Assembly (NCBI GenBank): GCA_040755855.1
Contig: JBFMAD010000003.1
Coordinates: 128,001 to 192,000, forward strand
From: Planctomycetota bacterium
GTDB lineage: Bacteria > Planctomycetota > Brocadiia > JAADGH01
DNA: 64,000 nt
Reading direction: 5' to 3'
Shown here in pieces: positions 7,839 to 17,011 of the stretch. The notes beneath the pieces were generated by a model. It did not search any database, was not told where the DNA came from, and saw only the letters and a list, made by a program, of their open reading frames with translations. Every line of letters starts with the position of its first letter. Positions within the stretch are counted from its first letter, which is position 1. Both the position numbers and the translations under genes were made by a program.

Positions 7839-8666
7839 TCACTCGTCCTTCGGCAGGTGGGGGACGATGTAGGCAGGCTGGGGCGACCAACTGTCGCGGC
7901 CCGTCATGTGGATGAGCAACCGGGTGAACTGCTTGCCGCGCTCCTGGAGTTCCACGTCGGCCAGGTCGCGCCCGCGGCTGTCGCGGAGGATGCCGCCGCC
8001 TGTCCCGCCGCCTCCCCCACCGAGCGTGTCGGCATAGGTACCCCCCGTCGGGGCCTCGCCGAGTGCATTGGGCCGACGCGGTCGGTCAATGAGGGACAGC
8101 GTGAACGTGCGGACGTCGAACATCTCGATGGACTGCTCGGCCAGGATCGTCTCGTTGGGTGCGATGAGGAGGGCCTGGTTCTTGAGGACATACCCCGCAT
8201 TGGCGAAATGCCCGATCCAGTTGAGGATGTTGCGGAGCGCCATGTCGCGTGCGGAGAAGGTGATCGTCGCGTCCTCGGGGATGTCGGGGCTGACGATGAT
8301 GTTGAGGCCCGTCTGCGCGCGCACGAACGCGACAGCATCGCGGATGGGCGTCTTGTCGAAATCAACCGACATGCGCTCGTTCAGTTTCGCCTCCATCCGG
8401 GCGAGCCAGTTTCCTGCCGGGGCGGGAGACTTCGCATCGGAGCGCGTTGCTGGCTTTTGGAAATAATCATGCCGCTGGATGCTGCCGACGAGGGAGCGAT
8501 TGATGCTGTGGACCCGGCCGGTTTCGTCCTGGACGCGGACCATATCCCCCTGGATGGTGACCTTACCGGTGAGGCGTTGGCCGTTGGTAAGAATGACTGT
8601 ATCGGCGCGAAGGAGAGGAGAAATCAGCAGCCCCACGAGCAGCAATACTGCTCGGCTGAGTTTCAT
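7839..8666 (-). CDS. Exported protein with STN/secretin N-terminal-like domain
   Basis: Signal peptide, DTVILTNGQRLTGKV beta module, then SVDFDKTPIRDAVAFV...LNIIV...ITFSARDMALRNILNWI; no secretin barrel. Confidence 0.6.
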   Translation of the reverse strand: MKLSRAVLLLVGLLISPLLRADTVILTNGQRLTGKVTIQGDMVRVQDETGRVHSINRSLVGSIQRHDYFQKPATRSDAKSPAPAGNWLARMEAKLNERMSVDFDKTPIRDAVAFVRAQTGLNIIVSPDIPEDATITFSARDMALRNILNWIGHFANAGYVLKNQALLIAPNETILAEQSIEMFDVRTFTLSLIDRPRRPNALGEAPTGGTYADTLGGGGGGTGGGILRDSRGRDLADVELQERGKQFTRLLIHMTGRDSWSPQPAYIVPHLPKDE

Positions 8667-9514
8667 AGTTTTTTCTCCAGGAGCGTGATAACGTCCTGCT
8701 CGAAGTCCTTATCCATTTCCACCATGCTTGAGCCGAGGAACTGCCCGCCGCCGGTGATGATCATCGCCGAGCGGAATCCGACGCGCTTCTTCCATATGTT
8801 GCCCTGTCGGTCAATGAAGAAGGTGGTGGGCACTCGGGACATGGAGGTATATTCCTTGAAGAGCTTGCCGTTGTCCCACAGGACGGGGTAGTTAAGGTCC
8901 ATCTGCTGGGCAAAGTTGCGCAACGAGGCGCGGCCCTCCCAGTCCATGGCGATGGCGAGGACCTTGAGGCCGTCGTCGGCGTATTTCTCCTGGAGGTCGC
9001 GTAGGTGCTTCATCTCGACGACGCATGGTTCGTAGTTGGTGGTGCAGAACATCAGGATGACGGGACTTCCGCGCAGCTTGGAGAGTTTGACTCGCTTACC
9101 GTCGAGGTCCGCGAGTTCGAAGTCCGGCGCCTTGTTGTCGGGGCCAAGGGTGACTACGACGACATCGCCGACGGCCTTGCCGATGGCGACGCCGGCGTCG
9201 CCGATCACTTTTCCAGCGCCGTCAACGACCTTGCCGCCGCCCTCAATGACGACCTTGCCAGTGCCTTCCAGGACCTTGCCTGCGCCCTCGATCACCTTTC
9301 CCGTGCCATCGGCCAGCGCCTTGCCGGCATCGCCCACGGCCTTGCCAACGTCGTTCATGGGATTGCCTGGGGACGCCTTGGCATCTTTGGGCTTCGCCTT
9401 CTCCTTGGGCGGGGATTTCTGTTGTTGCTCCTCGCAACTGAGAAAGGCAACGGCGACGATCAATGCGGCGATTGCAGAGCGGCAGTGTGTATTCCGGACC
9501 GTGTGTTTTGTCAT
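8663..9514 (-). CDS. TlpA/peroxiredoxin-like thioredoxin-fold lipoprotein with atypical active site
   Basis: Lipobox FLSC, APDFELADLDGKRVKLSKLRG, FCTTNYEPC and VPTTFFIDRQG; ATGA-coupled to the downstream gene. Confidence 0.8.
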   Translation of the reverse strand: MTKHTVRNTHCRSAIAALIVAVAFLSCEEQQQKSPPKEKAKPKDAKASPGNPMNDVGKAVGDAGKALADGTGKVIEGAGKVLEGTGKVVIEGGGKVVDGAGKVIGDAGVAIGKAVGDVVVVTLGPDNKAPDFELADLDGKRVKLSKLRGSPVILMFCTTNYEPCVVEMKHLRDLQEKYADDGLKVLAIAMDWEGRASLRNFAQQMDLNYPVLWDNGKLFKEYTSMSRVPTTFFIDRQGNIWKKRVGFRSAMIITGGGQFLGSSMVEMDKDFEQDVITLLEKKL

Positions 9515-9552
9515 CCCGTTTCCCTCGCGAAGTCGGACCTCAACTGTCTAAC

Positions 9553-9581
9553 AGTGTATCACGTTGGCATGGCCCCGTCAA
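9553..9581 (-). promoter_or_regulatory. sigma70-like promoter for the TlpA-STN pair
   Basis: Minus strand TTGACG-17-TACACT. Confidence 0.55.
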
Positions 9582-10282
9582 GACCCTCTTATTTTAACAA
9601 TCTCCTCGACTTCTTTCCACACCATTTTAGCAATCTGCTGCTCGCTCAGCAAACGCCCCTCCGGTGCGCATTCGATCCGGACCCAGTTGTCGTTCTGTTC
9701 GGCGAGTCGGCAGTAGGCCGATTCCGCGTTGCGGAGGTGTTCTATGCTGCTTTCGTGGATGTCACGCTTGACGCCCCTTACGTACTCCCGGTGTCCTTTC
9801 TTGTCCACAAGGGCCTGGGCGATCTCCGGGGCAATATGCAGTAAGATGACTCGGTCCGGTCGGGGGATGCCGAAGACCTCGAACTCGAGGCGGTCGAGCC
9901 ACTGCATGAACCGGGCGCGTTCGTCGGGGTCGGGAATCTTGCCTCCTTGATGGCCCTGGTTGGCGGAGACGTAGCGATTCAGGATGACGTGCTTCCCATC
10001 GGCCAGCCAACTGCGGAGGGTGTCCTTGGCCTGCCACCGGTCGGCGGCGTAGAGGACCGAGGCGAGATAGGGGCTGATTTCGTCGTGGCCGCCGAATTCG
10101 CCGTTGAGGTATCGGGCGACCATGTCACCGAAGAAGGTCTTTCCGTACTGTGGAAATTCCAGGGTTTCGCAGGGGATGCGATACTGCTTCATCCTCTGGA
10201 TGAGAAGCGTTGTTTGCGTAGTCTTGCCGCTGCCGTCGGTTCCGTCAATGACGATCAGTTTGCCGGGGACAATCTGGTTCAC
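9578..10282 (-). CDS. tmk: Thymidylate kinase
   Basis: P-loop IDGTDGSGKTTQ, FPQY, LYAADR and NRYVSAN; likely GTG start at 10282 after AAGGA. Confidence 0.88.
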   Translation of the reverse strand: MNQIVPGKLIVIDGTDGSGKTTQTTLLIQRMKQYRIPCETLEFPQYGKTFFGDMVARYLNGEFGGHDEISPYLASVLYAADRWQAKDTLRSWLADGKHVILNRYVSANQGHQGGKIPDPDERARFMQWLDRLEFEVFGIPRPDRVILLHIAPEIAQALVDKKGHREYVRGVKRDIHESSIEHLRNAESAYCRLAEQNDNWVRIECAPEGRLLSEQQIAKMVWKEVEEIVKIRGS

Positions 10283-10477
10283 AAATCGGTCCTTTCGTTG
10301 CGGTGTATTGTGGGAATTATACACTGCCTAAGGATGCACATGCAACTTGCTGCCCCCAGTTTTTTTTCTGACGGGGGGCGGACGAAAGATCGGGTGAAAT
10401 TCGCTTGTCTTGACGGGGCGGACCTGATAGCATTTCCTCTTGGTTCTGGGACAGAGGTCCATTCCGCCTGATTTGCC

Positions 10478-10990
10478 ATGACGATAAAGAAAGACCTGGT
10501 TCAGTTCTGCCGATGCGCGATGGAACGGGGTGCTATTGACACAAAGGTCGTCTCCCCGGCGAAGGTCTTCACGGCGGCGTGGGTGCGGCTGAAGTGCCAG
10601 TACGGTTGCGGGGGGTATGGGCAATGCCTGACTTGCCCCCCTCATTCACCGACACCGTTGGAGACACGCGAGGTCCTGGACTGCTACAAGCAGGCAATCC
10701 TGGTGCGCGGCGACGAAACGACGAACATTCGAGGGATCGTGGCGGATATGGAGAGGGAGATTTTCCTCGCAGGCTACTATAAGGCATTTGCCTACGGGTG
10801 CGGCCCGTGCAGCCTGTGCAGGGAGTGCGACTTCGAGAAGGGATGCCGGCATCCTTACAAGGCTCGTCCCGCCATGGAGGCGGCGGGGATTGACGTCTTC
10901 GCGACGGCTCGGTCGGCGGGCATGCCGATCGATGTGATCTCCGGGGCGGGGCAGTGTCAGAGCCGGTACGGCCTGGTGCTTGTCCGGTAG
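10478..10990 (+). CDS. DUF2284 family Cys-rich metal-binding protein
   Basis: VRLKCQYGCGGYGQCLTCPP, GPCSLCREC and CRHPYKARPAMEAAGIDV. Confidence 0.85.
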   Translation: MTIKKDLVQFCRCAMERGAIDTKVVSPAKVFTAAWVRLKCQYGCGGYGQCLTCPPHSPTPLETREVLDCYKQAILVRGDETTNIRGIVADMEREIFLAGYYKAFAYGCGPCSLCRECDFEKGCRHPYKARPAMEAAGIDVFATARSAGMPIDVISGAGQCQSRYGLVLVR

Positions 10991-11056
10991 CTTGTCAGTC
11001 TGCTGCGCCTTGCTCGCGATGGGCGGGGCGCGGCTTGGGAGAGGAGGAGTGCAAAG

Positions 11057-11938
11057 GTGAAGCTGGTCACATATCGCGCGGAGGGGAAAGAGAGGGTTGG
11101 CGCCCTGGTTGGCGAAGAGATCGTTGCCCTGCCGTATCAGTCCGTGGCGTCTGTGCTCTCCTTGTGGGATGCGCTTCGGCCCGAGGCGATAAAGATCGCC
11201 CAGGATGCATCCACCCCCCGAATCGCCCGGAAGGACGCGACGCTGCTGGCGCCGATCCCCCGGCCGAACAAGCTGCTGTGCTTAGCCGGGAACTACTCGC
11301 AGCATATCCGAGAGGGCGGCGGTTCTGTGCCGGGGAAGGAGAAGATGACGCCGCGTGTGTTTATGAAACCTCCGAGCAACACGGTTATCGGTCCCGGCCA
11401 ACCGGTGATTTTGCCGAAGAATGGGAACCAGATTGACTGGGAGTGCGAGCTCGGCATCGTGATCGGCAGGGCCGCCCGGTTCGTTACGGAGAAGGCCGCC
11501 ATGAGCCATGTGGCCGGATACACGATCGTGAATGACATTTCCGAGCGTGAACTGAAGATTGACGTTGATCGCGAGCCGAGACCGGGCGACGAATGGTTCG
11601 ACTGGCTCAACGGCAAGTGGTTCGACACGTTCGCGCCCATGGGGCCGTGCGTTGCCACGACCGAGGAGGTGCCCGATCCTCACGCGCTCCGGCTGACGCT
11701 CAAGCTCAACGGCGAGGTGAAACAGGATGCCAGCACGGGGCAAATGATCTTTCGCGTCCCTGAAATTGTAGCGTTCATTTCCACGCTCATGACCCTGGAG
11801 CCGGGGGACGTGATCGCCACCGGAACGCCCGCCGGCGTGGGAAACGCCACGGACACATACCTGAAACCGGGCGACGTGATGGAGATGGAGATCGAGAAGA
11901 TCGGCGCCTTCCGCACGCCCGTCAAGGCCATGGCCTGA
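11057..11938 (+). CDS. Fumarylacetoacetate hydrolase family protein
   Basis: GNYSQH, DWECELG, NDISER, GKWFDTFAPMGP and GDVIATGTPAGVG. Confidence 0.93.
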   Translation: MKLVTYRAEGKERVGALVGEEIVALPYQSVASVLSLWDALRPEAIKIAQDASTPRIARKDATLLAPIPRPNKLLCLAGNYSQHIREGGGSVPGKEKMTPRVFMKPPSNTVIGPGQPVILPKNGNQIDWECELGIVIGRAARFVTEKAAMSHVAGYTIVNDISERELKIDVDREPRPGDEWFDWLNGKWFDTFAPMGPCVATTEEVPDPHALRLTLKLNGEVKQDASTGQMIFRVPEIVAFISTLMTLEPGDVIATGTPAGVGNATDTYLKPGDVMEMEIEKIGAFRTPVKAMA

Positions 11939-12537
11939 TGAACACGCTGCTCCTCACGTTCATCAAGCTATTTGTCGCCACCGACGCACTTGGCACACTG
12001 CCCTTCTATATCGCCTTGTCCGAAGGCATGGACAGAGAGGAGAAGCGCAGGGCCATCGGGCTGTCGCTCTTCACGTCGCTGGCGATTGTGGTGGGGTTCA
12101 TCATGGTGGGGCATTGGCTTCTCGATGTGCTTGAGGTGTCGGTCGGCGATTTCAGGGTCGCCGGAGGATTGCTCCTGCTCATCCTGTCCGTGGACATTAT
12201 GAAGCACGACGAGGCGACCAAAGCCAAGACAAGCGACCACATGATCGGTGTGGTCCCCCTGGGCACGCCGCTCATTGCCGGGCCTTGTGTGCTGACGATG
12301 GTCCTCGTCCTAACGCGATCCGTGGGGCCGATCGTCACATTGACGGCCGCCGTGGTGAACATCCTCGTCGCCTGTCTGATCTTCACCTATGCCGGATGGT
12401 TTACGAAGATCCTCGGCGCCACGGCGTCGAAGGCATTTTCGAAGGTCTCCGCCCTCCTTCTTGCCGGGCTGGCCATCACCATGATGCGGCAGGGAGTCCT
12501 CAGCGCCATCGAGCAGGCCCGTGCCGTGTGGGAGTGA
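11938..12537 (+). CDS. MarC family membrane protein
   Basis: Six TM helices; FRVAGGLLL and VVPLGTPLIAGP. Confidence 0.9.
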   Translation: MNTLLLTFIKLFVATDALGTLPFYIALSEGMDREEKRRAIGLSLFTSLAIVVGFIMVGHWLLDVLEVSVGDFRVAGGLLLLILSVDIMKHDEATKAKTSDHMIGVVPLGTPLIAGPCVLTMVLVLTRSVGPIVTLTAAVVNILVACLIFTYAGWFTKILGATASKAFSKVSALLLAGLAITMMRQGVLSAIEQARAVWE

Positions 12538-12546
12538 TCCGAACGG

Positions 12547-13707
12547 GTGAGTGATCGGCAGAGATATTCCGGCAGGGGAAAAGCCCCCTGGCGACAAAGC
12601 GGCGTCTGGCTCGCCGGCGACACACACGCCCACTACCGGAACGTCGGCGTCGAGAGACTTGCGGCCGAAGCGTCGCCGTTCTGCGATTTCATCGCCATCA
12701 CGAGCCACAGCCACCGCGTGGATTTCTGGAAGGCGCAACATGCGCATGTGGCGGCGGCCCGCAAGACATTCCCCAACCTCCTCATCTTCCACGGTATCGA
12801 GTGGGCCTGCCCGGTAGGAGGCCACGCCACGGTCCTCGTCGAGCCGTCCCGATCCGAGAACACACTCCTGTCGGAACTTTGGCGGAGACATGACCGATGG
12901 TATGCGCCCTCGAGGCCGGATCGAATCGAGGACGCCGTTGCGGCGCTGAGATTCCTCGAAGGACAGTCCCACCGGGCCGCATCCGTTGTGATCCTCAATC
13001 ACCCGTCGTACGGAAGACCCTACACAGCCGATGATATGAGGAGGCTGTATGATGCGGGCGATATGTGTGTGGCCCTCGAAGGGGCGCGAGGCAATCAGAG
13101 TCAGACCTCCGGCAGCGAGATTGACCCGGTCGTGCGCAGGGCGGGCGGGGTGTACGACGCGCTGCTCTCCGAGGGGCGGCGGGTGGGGCTTGTGGCTGCA
13201 AGCGATTTCCACAGCCATGTGACGGACGGAGGGAAGACCTACTGGCCGGGCGAGTTCGCCAGGACGCATGTCTTTTGTCCGGAGCGTTCCTATCGCGGCG
13301 TCATGGCGGGTCTCAGGTCAGCCGCGACGTATTTCGTACATGGCGACATCATCGGCCCATTGCGGTTTACCGTCGGGTGGGAGGAGCGGGAAGCCATGCT
13401 CGGCGAGATCCTTCGCGCACCCCGCGGCGCGGAGGTGAGGATCGCGCTGGATTGCATCGAGCGCACCCCTATCGAGCGCGTCGAGTTCATCTCAAACAAC
13501 GGCTCGCCCTGCGAGTTCCGCGCAGCGAGGCGGACCCGGAGAATGCGCATCGGCCCGTGGAGCCGTTTCGAGCTTCGTCTTCCGAGAGCGCAGCATGATT
13601 TTTTCGTCCGCGCTCGTGGAGTGTCAAGGGGGCAACGCAAGCCCTATCGAGACGAGTCAGGGGACATGTGGTTCTATACAAGCGCTATCCATGTCCATGT
13701 GAGTTGA
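12547..13707 (+). CDS. PHP-domain metallohydrolase (CehA/McbA-like)
   Basis: WLAGDTHAH, ITSHSH, GIEW, GHA, LNHP and ASDFH. Confidence 0.75.
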   Translation: MSDRQRYSGRGKAPWRQSGVWLAGDTHAHYRNVGVERLAAEASPFCDFIAITSHSHRVDFWKAQHAHVAAARKTFPNLLIFHGIEWACPVGGHATVLVEPSRSENTLLSELWRRHDRWYAPSRPDRIEDAVAALRFLEGQSHRAASVVILNHPSYGRPYTADDMRRLYDAGDMCVALEGARGNQSQTSGSEIDPVVRRAGGVYDALLSEGRRVGLVAASDFHSHVTDGGKTYWPGEFARTHVFCPERSYRGVMAGLRSAATYFVHGDIIGPLRFTVGWEEREAMLGEILRAPRGAEVRIALDCIERTPIERVEFISNNGSPCEFRAARRTRRMRIGPWSRFELRLPRAQHDFFVRARGVSRGQRKPYRDESGDMWFYTSAIHVHVS

Positions 13708-13710
13708 TCC

Positions 13711-15396
13711 ATGTCCAGCGGCCCGATGCACCAATACCAGGTTGACCTTGCGGCGGAACTGGCGGCGCCGGCGGTCGGCGATTTCATCCGCCGCAACATG
13801 AAATACGCGAAGGTAGGGAGCGGCTGGCACGATGCAATGACCTTGCCGGACGGCGGCGCGGATCGGGGACGGGTCGTTGCACACTGGATCAACCGGGGAG
13901 TGCCTTTTGCGCAGGACCTGGCGGAATGGGGGTTCGCCGATGAGAGGCCCTTCGTCAGGAGGCACTTTATCTGCGGTCCCGACTGGTATCTACGCCGCAT
14001 GCAGCAAGCCGCCCAGGAAGGCAACGAACCGAAGGCCGCGGTCATCTGGGGGATATTTCTTCACTCTTGCGAATATCTGACCGCGTCGAAGTGCAGCTCG
14101 ATGATCGTGCACGACCTGCCGGACGACCTGGCCTGGGCCGAGCGCTGGCTGGTCAACGGACATCCCTTTCAGGATGAGTTTGCGTACGAAACGCGCCCGC
14201 GGGAGTTTGACAATACCAGGGTCATCTCGATGCTCCGCGACCGGGTGTGTGTGTCGCCGGGCGGTATGTCGTGCTGCGAGCTGTATGCGGAGATGTTACG
14301 GCGGCGCTACTTCGAGTTTTTTCCCGATGAACTGCAGTGGCTGATTGACTGCGAGGCGGAGAGCGTCGAGAAGATTTACAGCCGCTACGAAGACCTATGC
14401 TACCGAGAACTGGCCGGGACATTGAACCTCGCCCTCGCCGGGCTGAGGGATGTGTTGGCCGATCGTGACGACGACCCACAGGACGCCGACATCCTGTTCC
14501 TTATTCGCGAGGACCTCTGGCGGCGATGTGCGCTCGAAGGCAAGATGCAGACGGCGGGGCGGGTGATCGAGGGGCTGCGGTATATCTCATCCGCGTGCAA
14601 GCTCGGCCTTCCCTTCGCGCTGTGGTCGGGAGAGGGCGCGCCGGACCTCAATCCGTACCATGCCGTGGTTGCGCTTTGCGGCGAACCAATGAGCGATGAG
14701 GACGATTTTCGCCGGGCAATCCGGGGCCATGATCATGTTCTCGTAGTAAACCACAACCTCGATGACGAGAAGGGATTCGAGCCGTTCTTCGCCGGATTAC
14801 GACGGCTTCTCGATCCCAAGCGAGTGCCCGAGGGCGCGCACATGACACGCGCCGAGATCGTCTCCGCCTTCCGCCGCTTGGCGGAGCTGCGGAGTCCTAA
14901 GACGAATCTTGGCGCATCATGGGATCTTGGGGGACGCGACGCTGGGACCGTCATGGATCTTTCAGGGATTCATTCCGAGGACAGGCTCTCCTGTGTCATG
15001 TGGAATGGGAGGAGGCATCCGGCCCCCCATGAGTTCATTCAGATCGAAGCCGAAGCTGGTCGGTGGGCCATCCATGCACCCGCGCATGGGACGCTGCACT
15101 TGCGGAAGCCGGTCGCATTACCTCGGGCGGGGCGAATTCTCTTTCGACTCGCCTTTCATCTGAAGGAGCGCATTGCCGTGGGGATGCGAATCGAGTGCCT
15201 GTCCGACGGCGCGCAGATTGAATTACTGCGGATGCACGTGACGGGCAAGGAATTGCAGCGATATGCGTTTGACCTGACTCGCTTCGCTGGCCAAACGATA
15301 GAACTGCATTTCGCCTGGGACACGGGATACGACTTCGGCTACGAGGACAAGGACATCCTCATCGTCGAGCGTCCGGAGATCATCTGCCTCACGTGA
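13711..15396 (+). CDS. Hypothetical protein with C-terminal jelly-roll-like domain
   Basis: 561-aa ORF starting 3 bp after the PHP stop; C-terminal FDLTRFAGQTIELHF pattern. Confidence 0.65.
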   Translation: MSSGPMHQYQVDLAAELAAPAVGDFIRRNMKYAKVGSGWHDAMTLPDGGADRGRVVAHWINRGVPFAQDLAEWGFADERPFVRRHFICGPDWYLRRMQQAAQEGNEPKAAVIWGIFLHSCEYLTASKCSSMIVHDLPDDLAWAERWLVNGHPFQDEFAYETRPREFDNTRVISMLRDRVCVSPGGMSCCELYAEMLRRRYFEFFPDELQWLIDCEAESVEKIYSRYEDLCYRELAGTLNLALAGLRDVLADRDDDPQDADILFLIREDLWRRCALEGKMQTAGRVIEGLRYISSACKLGLPFALWSGEGAPDLNPYHAVVALCGEPMSDEDDFRRAIRGHDHVLVVNHNLDDEKGFEPFFAGLRRLLDPKRVPEGAHMTRAEIVSAFRRLAELRSPKTNLGASWDLGGRDAGTVMDLSGIHSEDRLSCVMWNGRRHPAPHEFIQIEAEAGRWAIHAPAHGTLHLRKPVALPRAGRILFRLAFHLKERIAVGMRIECLSDGAQIELLRMHVTGKELQRYAFDLTRFAGQTIELHFAWDTGYDFGYEDKDILIVERPEIICLT

Positions 15397-16801
15397 GCGG
15401 CAGATGCACGATCCGCTCCTCCCTGGCCGACTGCTGCGCGGCGAGGGAGATCTCCAAGGCCGCCCGCCCATCAATGCCGGTGACGAGCGGCTCCGTGTCG
15501 TTTCGGACGCAGTCCAGGAAGTGCTCCATCTGGTATTGTAGCATGGGGTTGAACCGCTCGGCATAGTGCCCCTGGTCCGTAGTGAACATCAGCTCCTGCC
15601 GAGTGAGGTCGTACGTGATCATGCCCTTCGTCCCCGTCACCTCCAGCTTGAAGTCGGCCTTGGTGGGATGGGTCGTCGGGATGATCCAACCGGTCTCCAG
15701 CGACCCGATCACGCCGTTCTGAAATCGAAGCAGCGTCCAGGTTGTGTCCTCCACGTTGTGGCCGCGCTTCTTGTGCAGGTTCCACACGGCCTCGGCGTGG
15801 ACGCGCTTCACCTCACTGCCCGCGACCCAGCGCATGATGTCGAAGTCGTGCACGCCGAGGAAGGAGAGGACCGAGACGCGCCCCTTCAGGCGCTCCTGGC
15901 TGGTAATGAGGTTCGTCCGGCGGCAGAAGATGGATTCGAGCTCTCCGATTTCTCCGTTGGCCGCCGCCTCCTTCACGCGGGCGTATCGCTTGTCGAAGCG
16001 CAGGACAAACCCGATCATGAGTTTCACGTTGGCTCGTTCGCAAATGCGAATAATCTGATCGGCGTCAGCGAGCGTAGTAGCGATGGGTTTTTCGAGGAGG
16101 ATGGGTTTTCCGGCCGAGGCCGCCGCCGCCACGGGCTGGACATGGGCCTCATCGTTCGTGGCGATGATCACGCAGTCCACATCCTCGCGCTCGGTGAGTT
16201 CCCTCGGGTCCGTATAGGAGTCAACGTCCAACTCGCCGCCCACTCGTTCTGCTGTCTTCTGAAAGACGTCCGCCACGGCCACGAGCCGCGCGCCGGGGAT
16301 GGCGGCGAGCGCTTCGGCGTGTTTTCGCCCCATCCACCCCACGCCGATTATCCCGACCCCCACCTCCGTGCGGGGCGAAGGTGTTCGCTCCTGTTGAGAC
16401 GACCCCGCTTCGGGGGCGGACACCAGGGTCTTACCTGGATCGCCGGCGCCCGCCCGCTCCTCCGGCGAGGCGGCCATCGTTTCGCCGAGAACGGCCTCGC
16501 TGTCCCGGTCCTGTTCCGTTTCGATTTCCACGCGGAAGTCGCGCATCGGCACGACCATGGTTCCCCCCGCCTGCGCCTGGTCCGGCCGTGCGGTGGGTTT
16601 CGCCTTCTCCGACGGTATCTTCTGTCGTCGGAGTTGATCGAGGGAGACGAGGATCGTCTGATCAGCGAGCGGGACGTTGCCCTGCGCGGTTGGCTTCTGG
16701 GTGGACTGTCGGCAGCCAGTACACCATATCTGCCCTCCTGTGATGGTCTCGGCAGATTTGAACTCCTTGCCGCATTTCTCGCATCGGTAAGTGATTTTCA
16801 T
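15389..16801 (-). CDS. Gfo/Idh/MocA oxidoreductase fused to N-terminal zinc ribbon and linker
   Basis: CEKC...CTGC, ~110-aa linker, then GIIGVGWMG, LLEKPIA, GFVLRF and GVHDFD; GAGGA RBS. Confidence 0.85.
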   Translation of the reverse strand: MKITYRCEKCGKEFKSAETITGGQIWCTGCRQSTQKPTAQGNVPLADQTILVSLDQLRRQKIPSEKAKPTARPDQAQAGGTMVVPMRDFRVEIETEQDRDSEAVLGETMAASPEERAGAGDPGKTLVSAPEAGSSQQERTPSPRTEVGVGIIGVGWMGRKHAEALAAIPGARLVAVADVFQKTAERVGGELDVDSYTDPRELTEREDVDCVIIATNDEAHVQPVAAAASAGKPILLEKPIATTLADADQIIRICERANVKLMIGFVLRFDKRYARVKEAAANGEIGELESIFCRRTNLITSQERLKGRVSVLSFLGVHDFDIMRWVAGSEVKRVHAEAVWNLHKKRGHNVEDTTWTLLRFQNGVIGSLETGWIIPTTHPTKADFKLEVTGTKGMITYDLTRQELMFTTDQGHYAERFNPMLQYQMEHFLDCVRNDTEPLVTGIDGRAALEISLAAQQSAREERIVHLPLT

Positions 16802-17011
16802 GGGGGCGGTCCTCGAGGAACTCAGTTAGATGGGTTGTCCACCCGTCGAGTATAGGCCCTGATCGCTGTAAATCAAGCCTTTTTCTTGTCGGCGGATATG
16901 TGGATATTTTTGCCGTTGAAACTTGCCCTTGCCACTGATAGAGTACCTGCCGATCTGGATGCGGCAAGTGGAAAAGAGAGACCTCTTGAAGCTTAGACAA
17001 GGAGTTTCGTA

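Noticed and set aside
7566..8891. 441-aa plus-strand ORF spanning the orphan promoter
   Set aside because: Antisense shadow of the STN and TlpA genes; no RBS or recognisable motifs.
9020..9050. Selenocysteine in the TlpA active site
   Set aside because: The codon at the first Cys position is TAC (Tyr), not TGA.
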